This document shows, piece after piece, positions 21,001 through 28,943 of a stretch of DNA of 56,761 nucleotides. Both the position numbers and the translations under genes were made by a program. The first letter of the stretch is position 1; the number at the start of each line of letters is the position of its first letter. Origin of the DNA: an uncultured Candidatus Saccharibacteria bacterium (lineage in GTDB: Bacteria; Patescibacteriota; Minisyncoccia; Phycocordibacterales; GCA-2401445); contig CAYTAR010000007.1 in assembly GCA_964436015.1 (NCBI GenBank), positions 1 through 56,761 of the forward strand. Direction: 5' to 3'. The notes beneath the pieces were generated by a model. The model saw nothing but the letters and a program-made list of their open reading frames with translations. It was not told the origin of the DNA and searched no databases.

Positions 21001-21513
21001 GCCACCAACACTCAGCCATGATTCACTAGCTGAACCAATAGTCGCGATCATCGCGCGTGGATTTAAGTTTGCGGAAAATGTCCATGCAGTACCACCGCAG
21101 TAATTATTCAAAATATCGGTAAGGTTATTCGGATACGTACTTACCCGTGTAGAGTAAAAACCACCAATCAAAACAAACGCTTCATCAAACGTTGAGCCCG
21201 CTTGGTATACTCGCGTATCCGCCTGAATACCGTATGCCTCGGTAAATTGAGGACTTGCATCATTTTCAAGCGTAATATTTACTTGTGCAGAAACAGGCCC
21301 ACTCGCAGAAACACTTGCTTCGCCAGTATGTTGTGCATTACCTACGATTGAACCATCAGACCCAGACCCTAAGGTAGGAGAACACGTAACGTAACTGTAT
21401 CCTGAGTACGAACCCCCGAACGAAATAGCGTGTATGTCATGCACCGGCAAAAAAATAGCAACAGCAAAAAGAACAACCGCCAGGCTGTAAAATGTAAAAT
21501 TAAATTTTTTCAT
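18085..21513 (-). CDS. Giant secreted protein with Cys-bracketed Ig/PKD-like repeat modules
   Basis: Signal peptide MKKFNFTFYSLAVVLFAVAIFLPVHDIHA; I start at this Met, while the track ORF starts at 21534. Modules of about 80 aa share YTYSWSG / YSYLWTG. Confidence 0.7.
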   Translation of the reverse strand: MKKFNFTFYSLAVVLFAVAIFLPVHDIHAISFGGSYSGYSYVTCSPTLGSGSDGSIVGNAQHTGEASVSASGPVSAQVNITLENDASPQFTEAYGIQADTRVYQAGSTFDEAFVLIGGFYSTRVSTYPNNLTDILNNYCGGTAWTFSANLNPRAMIATIGSASESWLSVGGGGAYSFPALTGTPLSTLFQSSTYSTGMNATVASASFGPNPRAITSITSNGNNIQSVNVPSGGADNTVQTPLHPISVIVNKNTGARVAGPFVNSGCGVIEYYKESVSGGSGAYSQTSSNIGNVKTPTSETPSTITESITSGPIPDPIRGRSLVLDSVPTALSGIVTTTNWESVSRGSLSELNAAKLVYNDPNTYEVRTYSVVEGTPPPFVAPASEASYESALYDFASKVYGTLTSCVDTLTPDPTPLTCTVSPSSPNVETGESVTWSVTPFNVSGPYTYSWSGSSSLTGSESTAVKTYYTPTSQHAIATITANAGASRAQCSGTVNVDPVLTATCSANPSPATIQQGQTGTTVQWSAVPSGGTGSYTYSWSGAVSGTDQTRSVIYTTPGTKNASVTITSGSDSVVANCSTNVVGGFEYDLSLSPSSVTMNQTDSTVVNVATNWLSGSAGPVGVTHTILDSEPSVPKPYNIGVSFGTVTCTPTCTRPVTITTNNTHLGNGYAYRIRFDGNIQTDSGTYPTNYLTLNIVEDDVVIPYTPSASASTGACGAQIELEFHNYAGESNGVLVDGYRIKRNTVNDYSTAIEIDEFAVGAVQPGLTWAPYYQQGEYIDSGLSNEGTTYYYFVESYIDNAGVKTYSNSPAYADARSSYFCITGTPSCSASPNPVYTGSQVEYQGSVGTVTGGQAPYSFRYRFSDYTTGYLPVSTINSFVRTYLTQGLQNAYIQIRSADGQMSPESASCPVTVNQGAAQVSLKIKPKLASDGAYIEADNAGERLVVAYDSANGGNNDNNQVTLEWVASGVSVCHPITGAGYENWDTYGNITGNYTTSGIQAPNANKLFGVECRPTDTSLPWITNYAHLFINGGGGGLTDVTCVVRPSSGGEWRDSGTVEVRLGERVDWQVTPSPVDDGSYSYLWTGSTPLNGATTPVVSVLYNTTGTKTGVARVTDGGGNFDECTNNVRVIVLPPKPNVEEF

Positions 21514-21514
21514 A

Positions 21515-21892
21515 CTAATCTCGTGTGAGTGCATTAAAAATCTTTACTTGTTCTTCTGATGTAAAACCATAGGTAAGTATTTTCTCACCCTCTATCTTTC
21601 TAAATAGTTCTTGTTTTTCAACGTAGTTAAGCGGTGTTGGACTACTTACCATGAGTAAAATAGCTTCTTTTTCTTTCCCAATCCGCATTCTTTCCGCTTC
21701 CGCATCTGGTGCAGTAGCTTGTGGAGTGGTTTCGTTCATGTCTCCCTTATTCATTCCGCCTTTCATTGAAAAAACTCCGAGCACCACTCCCAACAGAACA
21801 AGTAGTACCACAAAGAGTGCGACCGGGTGCCCCTTCTTCGGATGTGTTTCTCCAAGCTCTACTCCAGACTGATTTATTTGTTCTTGTTCCAT
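21515..21892 (-). CDS. Small single-pass membrane protein, unknown function
   Basis: One TM helix (VALFVVLLVLLGVVLGVF). It appears coupled to the downstream giant protein gene. Confidence 0.5.
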   Translation of the reverse strand: MEQEQINQSGVELGETHPKKGHPVALFVVLLVLLGVVLGVFSMKGGMNKGDMNETTPQATAPDAEAERMRIGKEKEAILLMVSSPTPLNYVEKQELFRKIEGEKILTYGFTSEEQVKIFNALTRD

Positions 21893-21946
21893 AATAATTA
21901 TTAGATTGCTATTGACTTACATTATAAAAAGAAGTCTTGGGTTACA

Positions 21947-21997
21947 CAATGCACACATGTGCATAAAGCACGCGTAACTATCCACACCTTATGCACA
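21947..21997. promoter_or_regulatory. Cluster of DnaA-box-like 9-mers in a divergent intergenic region
   Basis: tgtgcataa at 21958-21966 is the reverse complement of TTATGCACA. ctatccaca lies at 21978-21986 and ttatgcaca at 21989-21997. Confidence 0.3.
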
Positions 21998-22091
21998 AAG
22001 AACATAGACAACGGTGTGCGCTATTGCGTCTAATAGAAGTAGAAACGCTGTTATTTGACAGCAAAACACTCAAATCATCATAAGGAAACAT

Positions 22092-23141
22092 ATGAAAAAA
22101 AATCCTTCCCGCCTACTAGCGGTGTTCATCGTTCTTTTTCTGTGCGTTTCCGTTAATGTGAAAGCACAACAAACGCTCTCAAAAACTGAGACATTTGTGG
22201 CAACATCCCCACAAACTCTTCCTTTCAGCTCAGCAGTAAAAGCAGAAGAAGAATTCAACCAGCAACTTTCGCTGGTTTCAATTGCAATATACTACGCGGG
22301 AGAACCGTCACAAAATGGCTTCTCTTATTTTGGAAAACACTGGCCGTATACACACAGAGTTGGGGGTGGAATGTATTCGCTTGGCGAACACTCTATCCAA
22401 GTGGTGGCGAACACTATTGATAACTACCTTAGTGCACGCATTGACAACTTTCTAGCGGTAGCAGGAAGTGAGCCAAACGAAACATCATTCCTTATTACCG
22501 CATCTTTCGTCAGCGACTTGGGAATGACGAAAATATCATACTACTCCCTCTTCAAAGAGTTCTCTCTTGCAAAGAACGGTAGTGGAACATGGCATGTTCC
22601 ACCAACTGTAACCTTTGAAGATTTTGTTGTCGTGGATCCTCTGCGTATTGGCTATAACATACCCCACATCAAACACGCGTCCGTACACTGGCGAAGAGAC
22701 GCTAATGAACCACCTTTCAGCGTGGAACATAGCGTTGAGAGTGAGAATGGTGTTTCGGGTGACGTGCTTGCCACAATACCTTCAAAAAACATTCTGCTCC
22801 TACCATTTCGATTTGCAGGGAAAGCAAACCGAGAAAACCTTCATGGTGAGTTCATCATTAAGTATTCGTCCGACGGGAAACTCACTGAAAAGTATGACGT
22901 TCAAACTGGTAAGAAAATAACCACAGAGCACGTACACCTTTCAATAGACGACATTGATGGAGGGCTCCGCCTCGTCATTCGCGGACAATGCGGTCCCGGT
23001 CCGGTTACGATTGAAAGCTCTTCGGACCTTGTGACATGGAGTGAAATTGCAACGTTCTCTAACTACTCTGGGCTGGTGGCTATCCCACTCCAGCAAAACG
23101 GAGAACGTCGTCTCTTCCGTGCACGCATGGAAGAAGAATAA
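22092..23141 (+). CDS. Secreted protein, unknown function
   Basis: Signal peptide MKKNPSRLLAVFIVLFLCVSVNVKAQ. A strong terminator follows. Confidence 0.65.
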   Translation: MKKNPSRLLAVFIVLFLCVSVNVKAQQTLSKTETFVATSPQTLPFSSAVKAEEEFNQQLSLVSIAIYYAGEPSQNGFSYFGKHWPYTHRVGGGMYSLGEHSIQVVANTIDNYLSARIDNFLAVAGSEPNETSFLITASFVSDLGMTKISYYSLFKEFSLAKNGSGTWHVPPTVTFEDFVVVDPLRIGYNIPHIKHASVHWRRDANEPPFSVEHSVESENGVSGDVLATIPSKNILLLPFRFAGKANRENLHGEFIIKYSSDGKLTEKYDVQTGKKITTEHVHLSIDDIDGGLRLVIRGQCGPGPVTIESSSDLVTWSEIATFSNYSGLVAIPLQQNGERRLFRARMEEE

Positions 23142-23149
23142 CAGCACGA

Positions 23150-23177
23150 GGCCTCGCGCATGCGCGAGGCCTTTTTT
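23150..23177 (+). terminator. Rho-independent terminator
   Basis: ggcctcgcg-catg-cgcgaggcc followed by T6. Confidence 0.8.
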
Positions 23178-23340
23178 GTTTTTCCACTTTATTTCTCCAC
23201 TTTAATTTTTGATTTATTCCAAACCAAAAACCCTTTCCAAAAATAATCAGACTCCATAGGAGCATCCTACGTACTAAAAAAATTATGTCACTTTTCTCTT
23301 TTTACTAAACTTATCTTAGAAATCAGAGCTTAGAAATCAC

Positions 23341-23364
23341 TATCTTACGATATATCGTAAGATA
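23341..23364. repeat. Perfect 24-bp palindrome tatcttacgatatatcgtaagata (copy 1 of 2)
   Basis: It is self-complementary by inspection. A near-identical copy lies at 48141-48170. Confidence 0.85.
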
Positions 23365-23434
23365 TGGGTTTCCAAACAAAAAACCCACTTAAGAATTTCT
23401 CTTTTCTTTCTTATCTCTATTTTCAGCTTACATT

Positions 23435-23462
23435 CTAATCTCTGGTCTCCAATCTCTTATCT
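23435..23462. repeat. Degenerate 7-bp tandem repeat (4 units, ctaatct-like)
   Basis: ctaatct ctggtct ccaatct cttatct. Confidence 0.7.
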
Positions 23463-23545
23463 CTGTTTACCTTCACCTTTTCCCTAAGCTCAAGCTTGGG
23501 GAAAATTATATACACGAGACTTTTTGTTTTGTGCATTTCAAAATA

Positions 23546-23686
23546 CTAACGCACTATCACAAAAAGAGCGATAAATACGATACAGAGAATAACGACCAAC
23601 ACAATACGCCCATGATGCCCCTTTGGGTGATATTCAGGTGCCTGTTTGGGCTTAAAGTGAAATGGATTGAGTGGGTGTAAGTCCAT
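23546..23686 (-). CDS. Possible 46-aa membrane peptide
   Basis: My manual translation gives MDLHPLNPFHFKPKQAPEYHPKGHHGRIVLVVILCIVFIALFVIVR, with a C-terminal TM helix. It falls below the ORF-track length cutoff. Confidence 0.3.
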   Translation of the reverse strand: MDLHPLNPFHFKPKQAPEYHPKGHHGRIVLVVILCIVFIALFVIVR

Positions 23687-23773
23687 ATATATATCCTAAC
23701 ACATACAGACCCAACAAAAAGAGCTAAAGTGCGAATACATATTTTGAGAAAAATTACACCACATCCCTCTTTT

Positions 23774-23839
23774 CCCTATTTCCTATTTCCTATTTCCTTT
23801 GAGTCTAATCTCTAATCTCCAATCTCTAATCTCTAATCT
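23774..23839. repeat. Two adjacent 7-bp tandem repeat tracts
   Basis: ycctatt occurs 3 times at 23774-23794, then ctaatct/ccaatct occurs 5 times at 23805-23839. Confidence 0.8.
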
Positions 23840-23956
23840 CCCCTCCTTATAAAGCAATCTCTTTGGAGGAATTTATCGCGATTAAACCTTGATAAGGTGC
23901 TATATATACGCATTACCAACAATAGAGTGTTTTATGTTGTGCACTAGTAGAAACTG

Positions 23957-23986
23957 TTGACAAATAGCTCATAATCCTGCTATCAT
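23957..23986 (+). promoter_or_regulatory. Candidate sigma70-type promoter for nusA
   Basis: TTGACA at 23957-23962, an 18-nt spacer, then TATCAT at 23981-23986. Confidence 0.35.
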
Positions 23987-24061
23987 TTATATACGACGGA
24001 AATGGAAGTATGGTTCGCCCAAACGGCGGGCTTATTTTTTTATCAAATAACACAGTAATTT

Positions 24062-25303
24062 ATGTTTGACTTAAAAGTAATTAACTCAGTACTAGAGCAA
24101 TTAGAGCAAGAACGTGGTATTCCTCGTGAACGAATCATTGAGGCTATTGAAATGGCGCTCGCCACTGCATACAAAAAAGAGTATGGGAAAAAAGGGCAGA
24201 TAGTACGCGCCCATTTTGACCTTGCGACAGGAGGTGCCGAGTTTATACAAGTAAAAATCGTAGTTGATGAATCTAGGGTACGTATTGTTCCTGAAGGTGA
24301 AGAAGAGGTAGCGGTAGATCCAAGTGACGAGCGAGTACGTTACAACCCTGAACACCACATCATGCTTGAAGATGCGCGCAAAATAAAAAAGGATGCTCAG
24401 CTTGATGATGAACTCCTCTTCCCTCTTGAAAACAAAGGTGACTATGGACGAATTGCAGCGCAAACCGCAAAGCAAGTGATCATCCAGAAAATCCGAGAAG
24501 CGGAGAAGGTGTCAGTAATGGGAGAATACGGCCAGAGAGAAGGAGAAATCGTATCAGGAACCGTACAAAGAATTGATAGAGGAAACATCTTCATTGACCT
24601 GTCTCGAGCTACTGGCGTGCTTCCACACGACGAACAAATTCCAGGCGAGAGGTACAAACAAGGAGAGCGAATTCGCGCATACCTGTACCGCGTAGAAGAG
24701 ACTCCCCGAGGGCTATTCTTAAAACTCTCTCGATCTCACCCACAGTTTCTTAAGCGACTCTTTGAAATAGAAGCACCTGAAATAGCAAACGGAACAGTTG
24801 AAATCAAAGCAGTTGCTCGTGAACCAGGTTCCCGATCAAAAATTGCTGTATCAACAAACGACGAACACATTGACCCAATTGGTGCGCTGGTTGGGCAACG
24901 AGGAGTCCGTGTTTCAACAGTTATGAGTGAACTCAATGGAGAAAAAATCGATATTATTGAATGGTCTGAAAATACAGAATCTTTCATAGAAGACGCGCTT
25001 TCTCCCGCAAAGGTACAGAGTGTCACCCTTAATCAGGACAACCATATCGCAACCGTAAAGGTACTTGCTGACCAACAGTCGCTTGCGATTGGAAAAGGTG
25101 GACAGAATGTACGCCTTGCTGCAAAACTTACCGGATGGAAAATTGATATCCACTCAGTTGATGCAGATGGAAATCCAGTTGCTGACACAAAAAGTCCTAT
25201 CCTCAAAAAAGAAATTGAGACGGTAGAGTCTCCAGCAACATCCGAGAAAGAGAGTGATGTACCTGCAGAAGAACATTCAGAAAAAACTTCTTCAAACGAG
25301 TAG
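24062..25303 (+). CDS. nusA: Transcription termination/antitermination factor NusA
   Basis: N-terminal domain, S1 (GEIVSGTVQRID) and two KH domains (GQRGVRV, GKGGQNVRLA), plus an acidic tail. Confidence 0.92.
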   Translation: MFDLKVINSVLEQLEQERGIPRERIIEAIEMALATAYKKEYGKKGQIVRAHFDLATGGAEFIQVKIVVDESRVRIVPEGEEEVAVDPSDERVRYNPEHHIMLEDARKIKKDAQLDDELLFPLENKGDYGRIAAQTAKQVIIQKIREAEKVSVMGEYGQREGEIVSGTVQRIDRGNIFIDLSRATGVLPHDEQIPGERYKQGERIRAYLYRVEETPRGLFLKLSRSHPQFLKRLFEIEAPEIANGTVEIKAVAREPGSRSKIAVSTNDEHIDPIGALVGQRGVRVSTVMSELNGEKIDIIEWSENTESFIEDALSPAKVQSVTLNQDNHIATVKVLADQQSLAIGKGGQNVRLAAKLTGWKIDIHSVDADGNPVADTKSPILKKEIETVESPATSEKESDVPAEEHSEKTSSNE

Positions 25304-25330
25304 TTATTATCAAACTAACACAAACGATGT

Positions 25331-25867
25331 ATGAACCTATGGCATGAAATATCATTAGGAGACGCTGTTCCTGAAGAATTCAACGCAATTGTTGAAATTC
25401 CAAAGGGCTCAAACAATAAATACGAGATAGACAAAACCACTGGACTCATCGCTCTTGACCGTGCTAATTACTCAAGTCACCCATACCCATTTGACTACGG
25501 GTTTGCACCTCAAACACTCTGGGAAGATAATGACCCTCTCGATGTGGTTATTTTGAGTACATTTCCTCTTCACCCAGGAATCTTAGTCCGAGTGCGTCCT
25601 GTTGGAGTGATTGAAATGATTGATTCAGGAGAGTCTGATTATAAAATCATAAGTGTACCAGTAGATGATAAACGCTGGGCTGATGTACAAGACTTAAAAG
25701 ACGTGAACAAACACACCCTCAAGGAATTCCAACACTTCTTTGAAACCTACAAGCACCTCAAAGGAAAGGGAGATGTTGTTGAAATAAAGGCATTTAAAGA
25801 CAAAAAAAGTGCAATTGAAGCAATTAAACGCTCCATCACGCTCTACAACGAAAAGTACGCTAAATAA
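25331..25867 (+). CDS. ppa: Inorganic pyrophosphatase (family I)
   Basis: EIPKGSNNKYE and DNDPLDVVIL motifs. Confidence 0.92.
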   Translation: MNLWHEISLGDAVPEEFNAIVEIPKGSNNKYEIDKTTGLIALDRANYSSHPYPFDYGFAPQTLWEDNDPLDVVILSTFPLHPGILVRVRPVGVIEMIDSGESDYKIISVPVDDKRWADVQDLKDVNKHTLKEFQHFFETYKHLKGKGDVVEIKAFKDKKSAIEAIKRSITLYNEKYAK

Positions 25868-25870
25868 AAT

Positions 25871-25901
25871 AAAAAAACCGTCATTACGTGACGGTTTTTT
25901 T
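25871..25901 (+). terminator. Rho-independent terminator
   Basis: ccgtca-ttacg-tgacgg flanked by an A-run and a T-run. Confidence 0.75.
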
Positions 25902-25987
25902 ATTTTATGTACTTTCAAAACTCTCCACAAATACTTCCCTATCTTGTATACTGTGTATAAGAATTATTTTTAATCCACATCTAATCC

Positions 25988-26638
25988 ATGAAGACTTTAC
26001 CTACAAAAGTGGCCTACACCACACTTCTCATATTGGGGTTTCTCATATTGAGTACAAGTAACCACGTTTCCGCACAAGTAAACACTCAACAAAGAGACAC
26101 CCAAACGACCAGAGAAGAGCTACAAACACAACGTGCTGAAAATAAAGATGAATTAACAGAAAGAAAAAAGGTTCTACAAAATAACATTGAAGAAAAGCGC
26201 GAAACCACAGCTGAGAAGCTTCAACAAGTGTCTCAAAGCCGTAATGAGCGCATAGAACAATACGTACACCGTGTGATTCAACGGTTTGAAAGCGCGATAG
26301 AGCGCATAGAGATGTTTGTATACAGAATAGATTCTAGAAAAGAAAAACTTATTGCACGTGGACTTTCTTTTCCAAAAACAGACCAAGCACTGCTTGCGGT
26401 TGAAGCAAGCTTAAGTACGGCGCGCACATCAGTAAGTGAGGCACTCGATCTTGGGTCAAACATACTTCAAAACGAAAACCCGCGAGCTGTTTTTAGTGAA
26501 ATGAAATCAACCCTTCGCTCCGCCCACCAAGACATAAAAGAAGCACACTCAGCAGTAACTCGTGCGGTCCAAACACTTTCCGAAGAGCTTGAGGAACAGT
26601 CTGGTACACAACAGTCAACCACTACCCCGAATAATTAA
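25988..26638 (+). CDS. Secreted alpha-helical/coiled-coil protein, unknown function
   Basis: Signal peptide ending VSAQ. The body is rich in charged heptad-like sequence. Confidence 0.55.
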   Translation: MKTLPTKVAYTTLLILGFLILSTSNHVSAQVNTQQRDTQTTREELQTQRAENKDELTERKKVLQNNIEEKRETTAEKLQQVSQSRNERIEQYVHRVIQRFESAIERIEMFVYRIDSRKEKLIARGLSFPKTDQALLAVEASLSTARTSVSEALDLGSNILQNENPRAVFSEMKSTLRSAHQDIKEAHSAVTRAVQTLSEELEEQSGTQQSTTTPNN

Positions 26639-26656
26639 TAGTAGTACACTACACAT

Positions 26657-27031
26657 ATGAACGAAGAAATAAAAAACGAACAGCCTGAATTAGAAAACCA
26701 GATACCAACGACGCAGGACTCGCTGTCGTCAAAGGAAGGTACGCTGGGACCTATCGTCGGATCAGTCATTGTTATTATTGTACTCATCCTCGGTGGGATA
26801 TTCTTTTGGACTGAACGGGCAGAGAAGGTAACCAATACTCAAAACGAGACATCCTCAGAAGAAGCAGGGTCTCCGGTCCCCACATCAGATTCAACCGTCA
26901 CTGAGCTGGAAACCCAAAGCGAGGGAGATGAAATTGCAGATATACAAGCAGATATAGCAAATACAAATTTAGATAATCTTGATGAAGAACTTGGTGCTAT
27001 TGAAGCCGAACTAAACGCTGAAGTACAATAA
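26657..27031 (+). CDS. Small single-pass acidic membrane protein
   Basis: TM helix IVGSVIVIIVLILGGIFFW and an acidic C-terminal tail. Confidence 0.5.
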   Translation: MNEEIKNEQPELENQIPTTQDSLSSKEGTLGPIVGSVIVIIVLILGGIFFWTERAEKVTNTQNETSSEEAGSPVPTSDSTVTELETQSEGDEIADIQADIANTNLDNLDEELGAIEAELNAEVQ

Positions 27032-27041
27032 TCCACGTGTT

Positions 27042-27072
27042 AAAAAAACCTCTTACTCCATAAGAGGTTTTT
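27042..27072 (+). terminator. Rho-independent terminator
   Basis: acctctta-ctcca-taagaggt followed by T5. Confidence 0.7.
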
Positions 27073-27111
27073 GCTTGCGTAATTTTAAAAATACGATACA
27101 CTGCAAGAACT

Positions 27112-28149
27112 ATGTCAAAAAATACATACCACACCTGCGATATAAAAGAACTTCCAGGTTCACAAATTGAAATAACTGCTAGTATTTCTCCCGAACAATT
27201 CGGAAGTTACAAAAAGAAGGCTCTTGCTAAACTCAACGAATCTGTTTCTATTGACGGCTTTAGAAAGGGGCATGTCCCCGAACACGTACTCACTCAAAAG
27301 GTGGGTAATGAAACTGTACTCTATGAAATGGCAGACTACGCAATTCGCGATGCATACAGAGCAATTGTTGCTGATAAAAATATAGAAGCACTGGGAACGC
27401 CAAATATTACCATAACAAAAATTGCAGAAGGTAACCCACTTGAATTCAGGGCGCTTACGCTAGTCATGCCGACAGTGACACTCCCTGACTACACCGCCAT
27501 TGCAAAAAAAGTGTGTGCAGAAAAAGACGATACTGAGGTAACTGAAGACGAGTACGCAAAAACCATCACCCGCATTAAAGAAATGCACGCAAAAAAACCG
27601 ACTGAAAACGAAGCAGAAAAACCATCACTTCCAGAAATCACTGATGAATTTGTTAAAACGTTGGGCGACTTCTCAAACGTTGCTGATTTTGAAGAAACAA
27701 TCAGAGGCGGATTGAAAAAAGAGAAAGAAATACAAGCACGTGAAAAAAAGCGTCTTGCAATTGCTGAGCAACTAATTGAGAAAACAAAGGTTGAAGTTCC
27801 AGAGGTTTTTATCAACTCTGAATTAGAAAAACTATTCGCAACCTTCCTTGATAATGTTAAACGTTCAGGAATGACGCTTGAATCATACCTTGAACACGCA
27901 AAGAAAACTGAGGAAGAAATCCGAACATCAATGAAGCCGGATGCGCTTAAACGAGCAAAACTTCACCTTGCGCTTGGAGCAATTTCAAAAAAAGAAAACA
28001 TCAGCGCTGACCCAAAACATGTTGAAGAGGAAACAAATCATCTCCTTGAACACCATAAAGACGCAGACAAAGAGCGCGCATACCTCTACGTACTCAACGC
28101 ACTCACCAATGAGGCGGTGTTTCGTTTTCTTGAAGAAGCAAAAAAATAA
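27112..28149 (+). CDS. tig: Trigger factor lacking the central PPIase domain
   Basis: N-terminal ribosome-binding signature GFRKGHVP. The sequence passes directly from the N-domain linker to the C-terminal arm region (LPEITDEFVKTLG). It is 345 aa, against about 430 aa for the canonical protein. Confidence 0.85.
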   Translation: MSKNTYHTCDIKELPGSQIEITASISPEQFGSYKKKALAKLNESVSIDGFRKGHVPEHVLTQKVGNETVLYEMADYAIRDAYRAIVADKNIEALGTPNITITKIAEGNPLEFRALTLVMPTVTLPDYTAIAKKVCAEKDDTEVTEDEYAKTITRIKEMHAKKPTENEAEKPSLPEITDEFVKTLGDFSNVADFEETIRGGLKKEKEIQAREKKRLAIAEQLIEKTKVEVPEVFINSELEKLFATFLDNVKRSGMTLESYLEHAKKTEEEIRTSMKPDALKRAKLHLALGAISKKENISADPKHVEEETNHLLEHHKDADKERAYLYVLNALTNEAVFRFLEEAKK

Positions 28150-28160
28150 CCCTAGAAAAA

Positions 28161-28856
28161 CTACCTTCCAAAGAACACTGACGAAAGCCCAGCAATAACG
28201 GCTGTTTCAGCTCGAAGTGTATTACTACCAAAAGATGCAAGTGGTATTCCTTTTTCTTTTATGAAAACTCGTTCCGTCTCACTCCACCCACCTTCAGGTC
28301 CTATAATTACCATATCAATAGTTTCTTTCTGAGAAAGTGTTTGAATGGGCGTTCCCTCTCTATCAAAACACACTGCATGTACTGACGGTTCTATGTGTGT
28401 AAACAAAATTGGCTCACTCACCGTGGGAATGCTTCCCCACCCAGACTGCTCACTCGCTTCTATAATTACCTTACATGCCCTCTCCATTGAAAGCTCTTTT
28501 TTCTCCGTTCGCTCAGTGATCAGTGGAATAATATGTGTTACTCCGAGCTCAACAGCTTTTTCAAGTACAAAATCGGTGTGTGATCCTTTTAACATCCCAA
28601 AACAAAGCGTCATTCTACGAGTTCGCGCTCCTGCACTGCTTTCATTTTTTGCACACACAGAAAGCTGTGCACTCTTTTTAGTTAACTCAATAATTTCACA
28701 CTCATAATCATAGTCGCGTCCATCAAATAAAATAACTCGATCTCCTGTCTTATACCGAAATACTCTTCCCCACTGGTATATGTGGGGTTCGTGTGTATAC
28801 GAAAAGTTTCCAGCTTCTGGAATTACTATAGGTGAGTAAAAACGATGTAGTCTCAT
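28161..28856 (-). CDS. rsmE: 16S rRNA (uracil1498-N3)-methyltransferase RsmE family
   Basis: MRLHRFY start and IGPEGGWSETE motif. Confidence 0.85.
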   Translation of the reverse strand: MRLHRFYSPIVIPEAGNFSYTHEPHIYQWGRVFRYKTGDRVILFDGRDYDYECEIIELTKKSAQLSVCAKNESSAGARTRRMTLCFGMLKGSHTDFVLEKAVELGVTHIIPLITERTEKKELSMERACKVIIEASEQSGWGSIPTVSEPILFTHIEPSVHAVCFDREGTPIQTLSQKETIDMVIIGPEGGWSETERVFIKEKGIPLASFGSNTLRAETAVIAGLSSVFFGR

Positions 28857-28884
28857 ACCGTGAGTATACCGAAAGTATTTTTTA

Positions 28885-28921
28885 AAGCAAAAACTCCCTT
28901 CGCGAAGCGAAGGGAGTTTGA
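28885..28921 (-). terminator. Rho-independent terminator of the 88-aa gene
   Basis: A 13-bp stem aaactcccttcgc/gcgaagggagttt with loop gaa. A T-run follows on the minus strand. Confidence 0.7.
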
Positions 28922-28943
28922 ATTATCCGAACGAACATCTCAT

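Noticed and set aside
21893-22091. Calling oriC at the DnaA-box cluster
   Set aside because: There is no dnaA or dnaN nearby, no obvious AT-rich unwinding element with 13-mer repeats, and only three boxes, two of which fit only the relaxed consensus.
23341-23364. The palindrome considered as the chromosomal dif site
   Set aside because: There are two copies in one window. The arms are perfectly symmetric, and they lack the ATAA-N6-TTAT pattern I remember from Xer sites. It is kept only as a recurring palindrome.
23435-23839. Possible CRISPR array from the short tandem repeats
   Set aside because: The units are only 7 bp and contiguous, with no spacers, and there are no cas genes in the window. 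The tRNA-fragment repeats likewise lack regular repeat-spacer periodicity.
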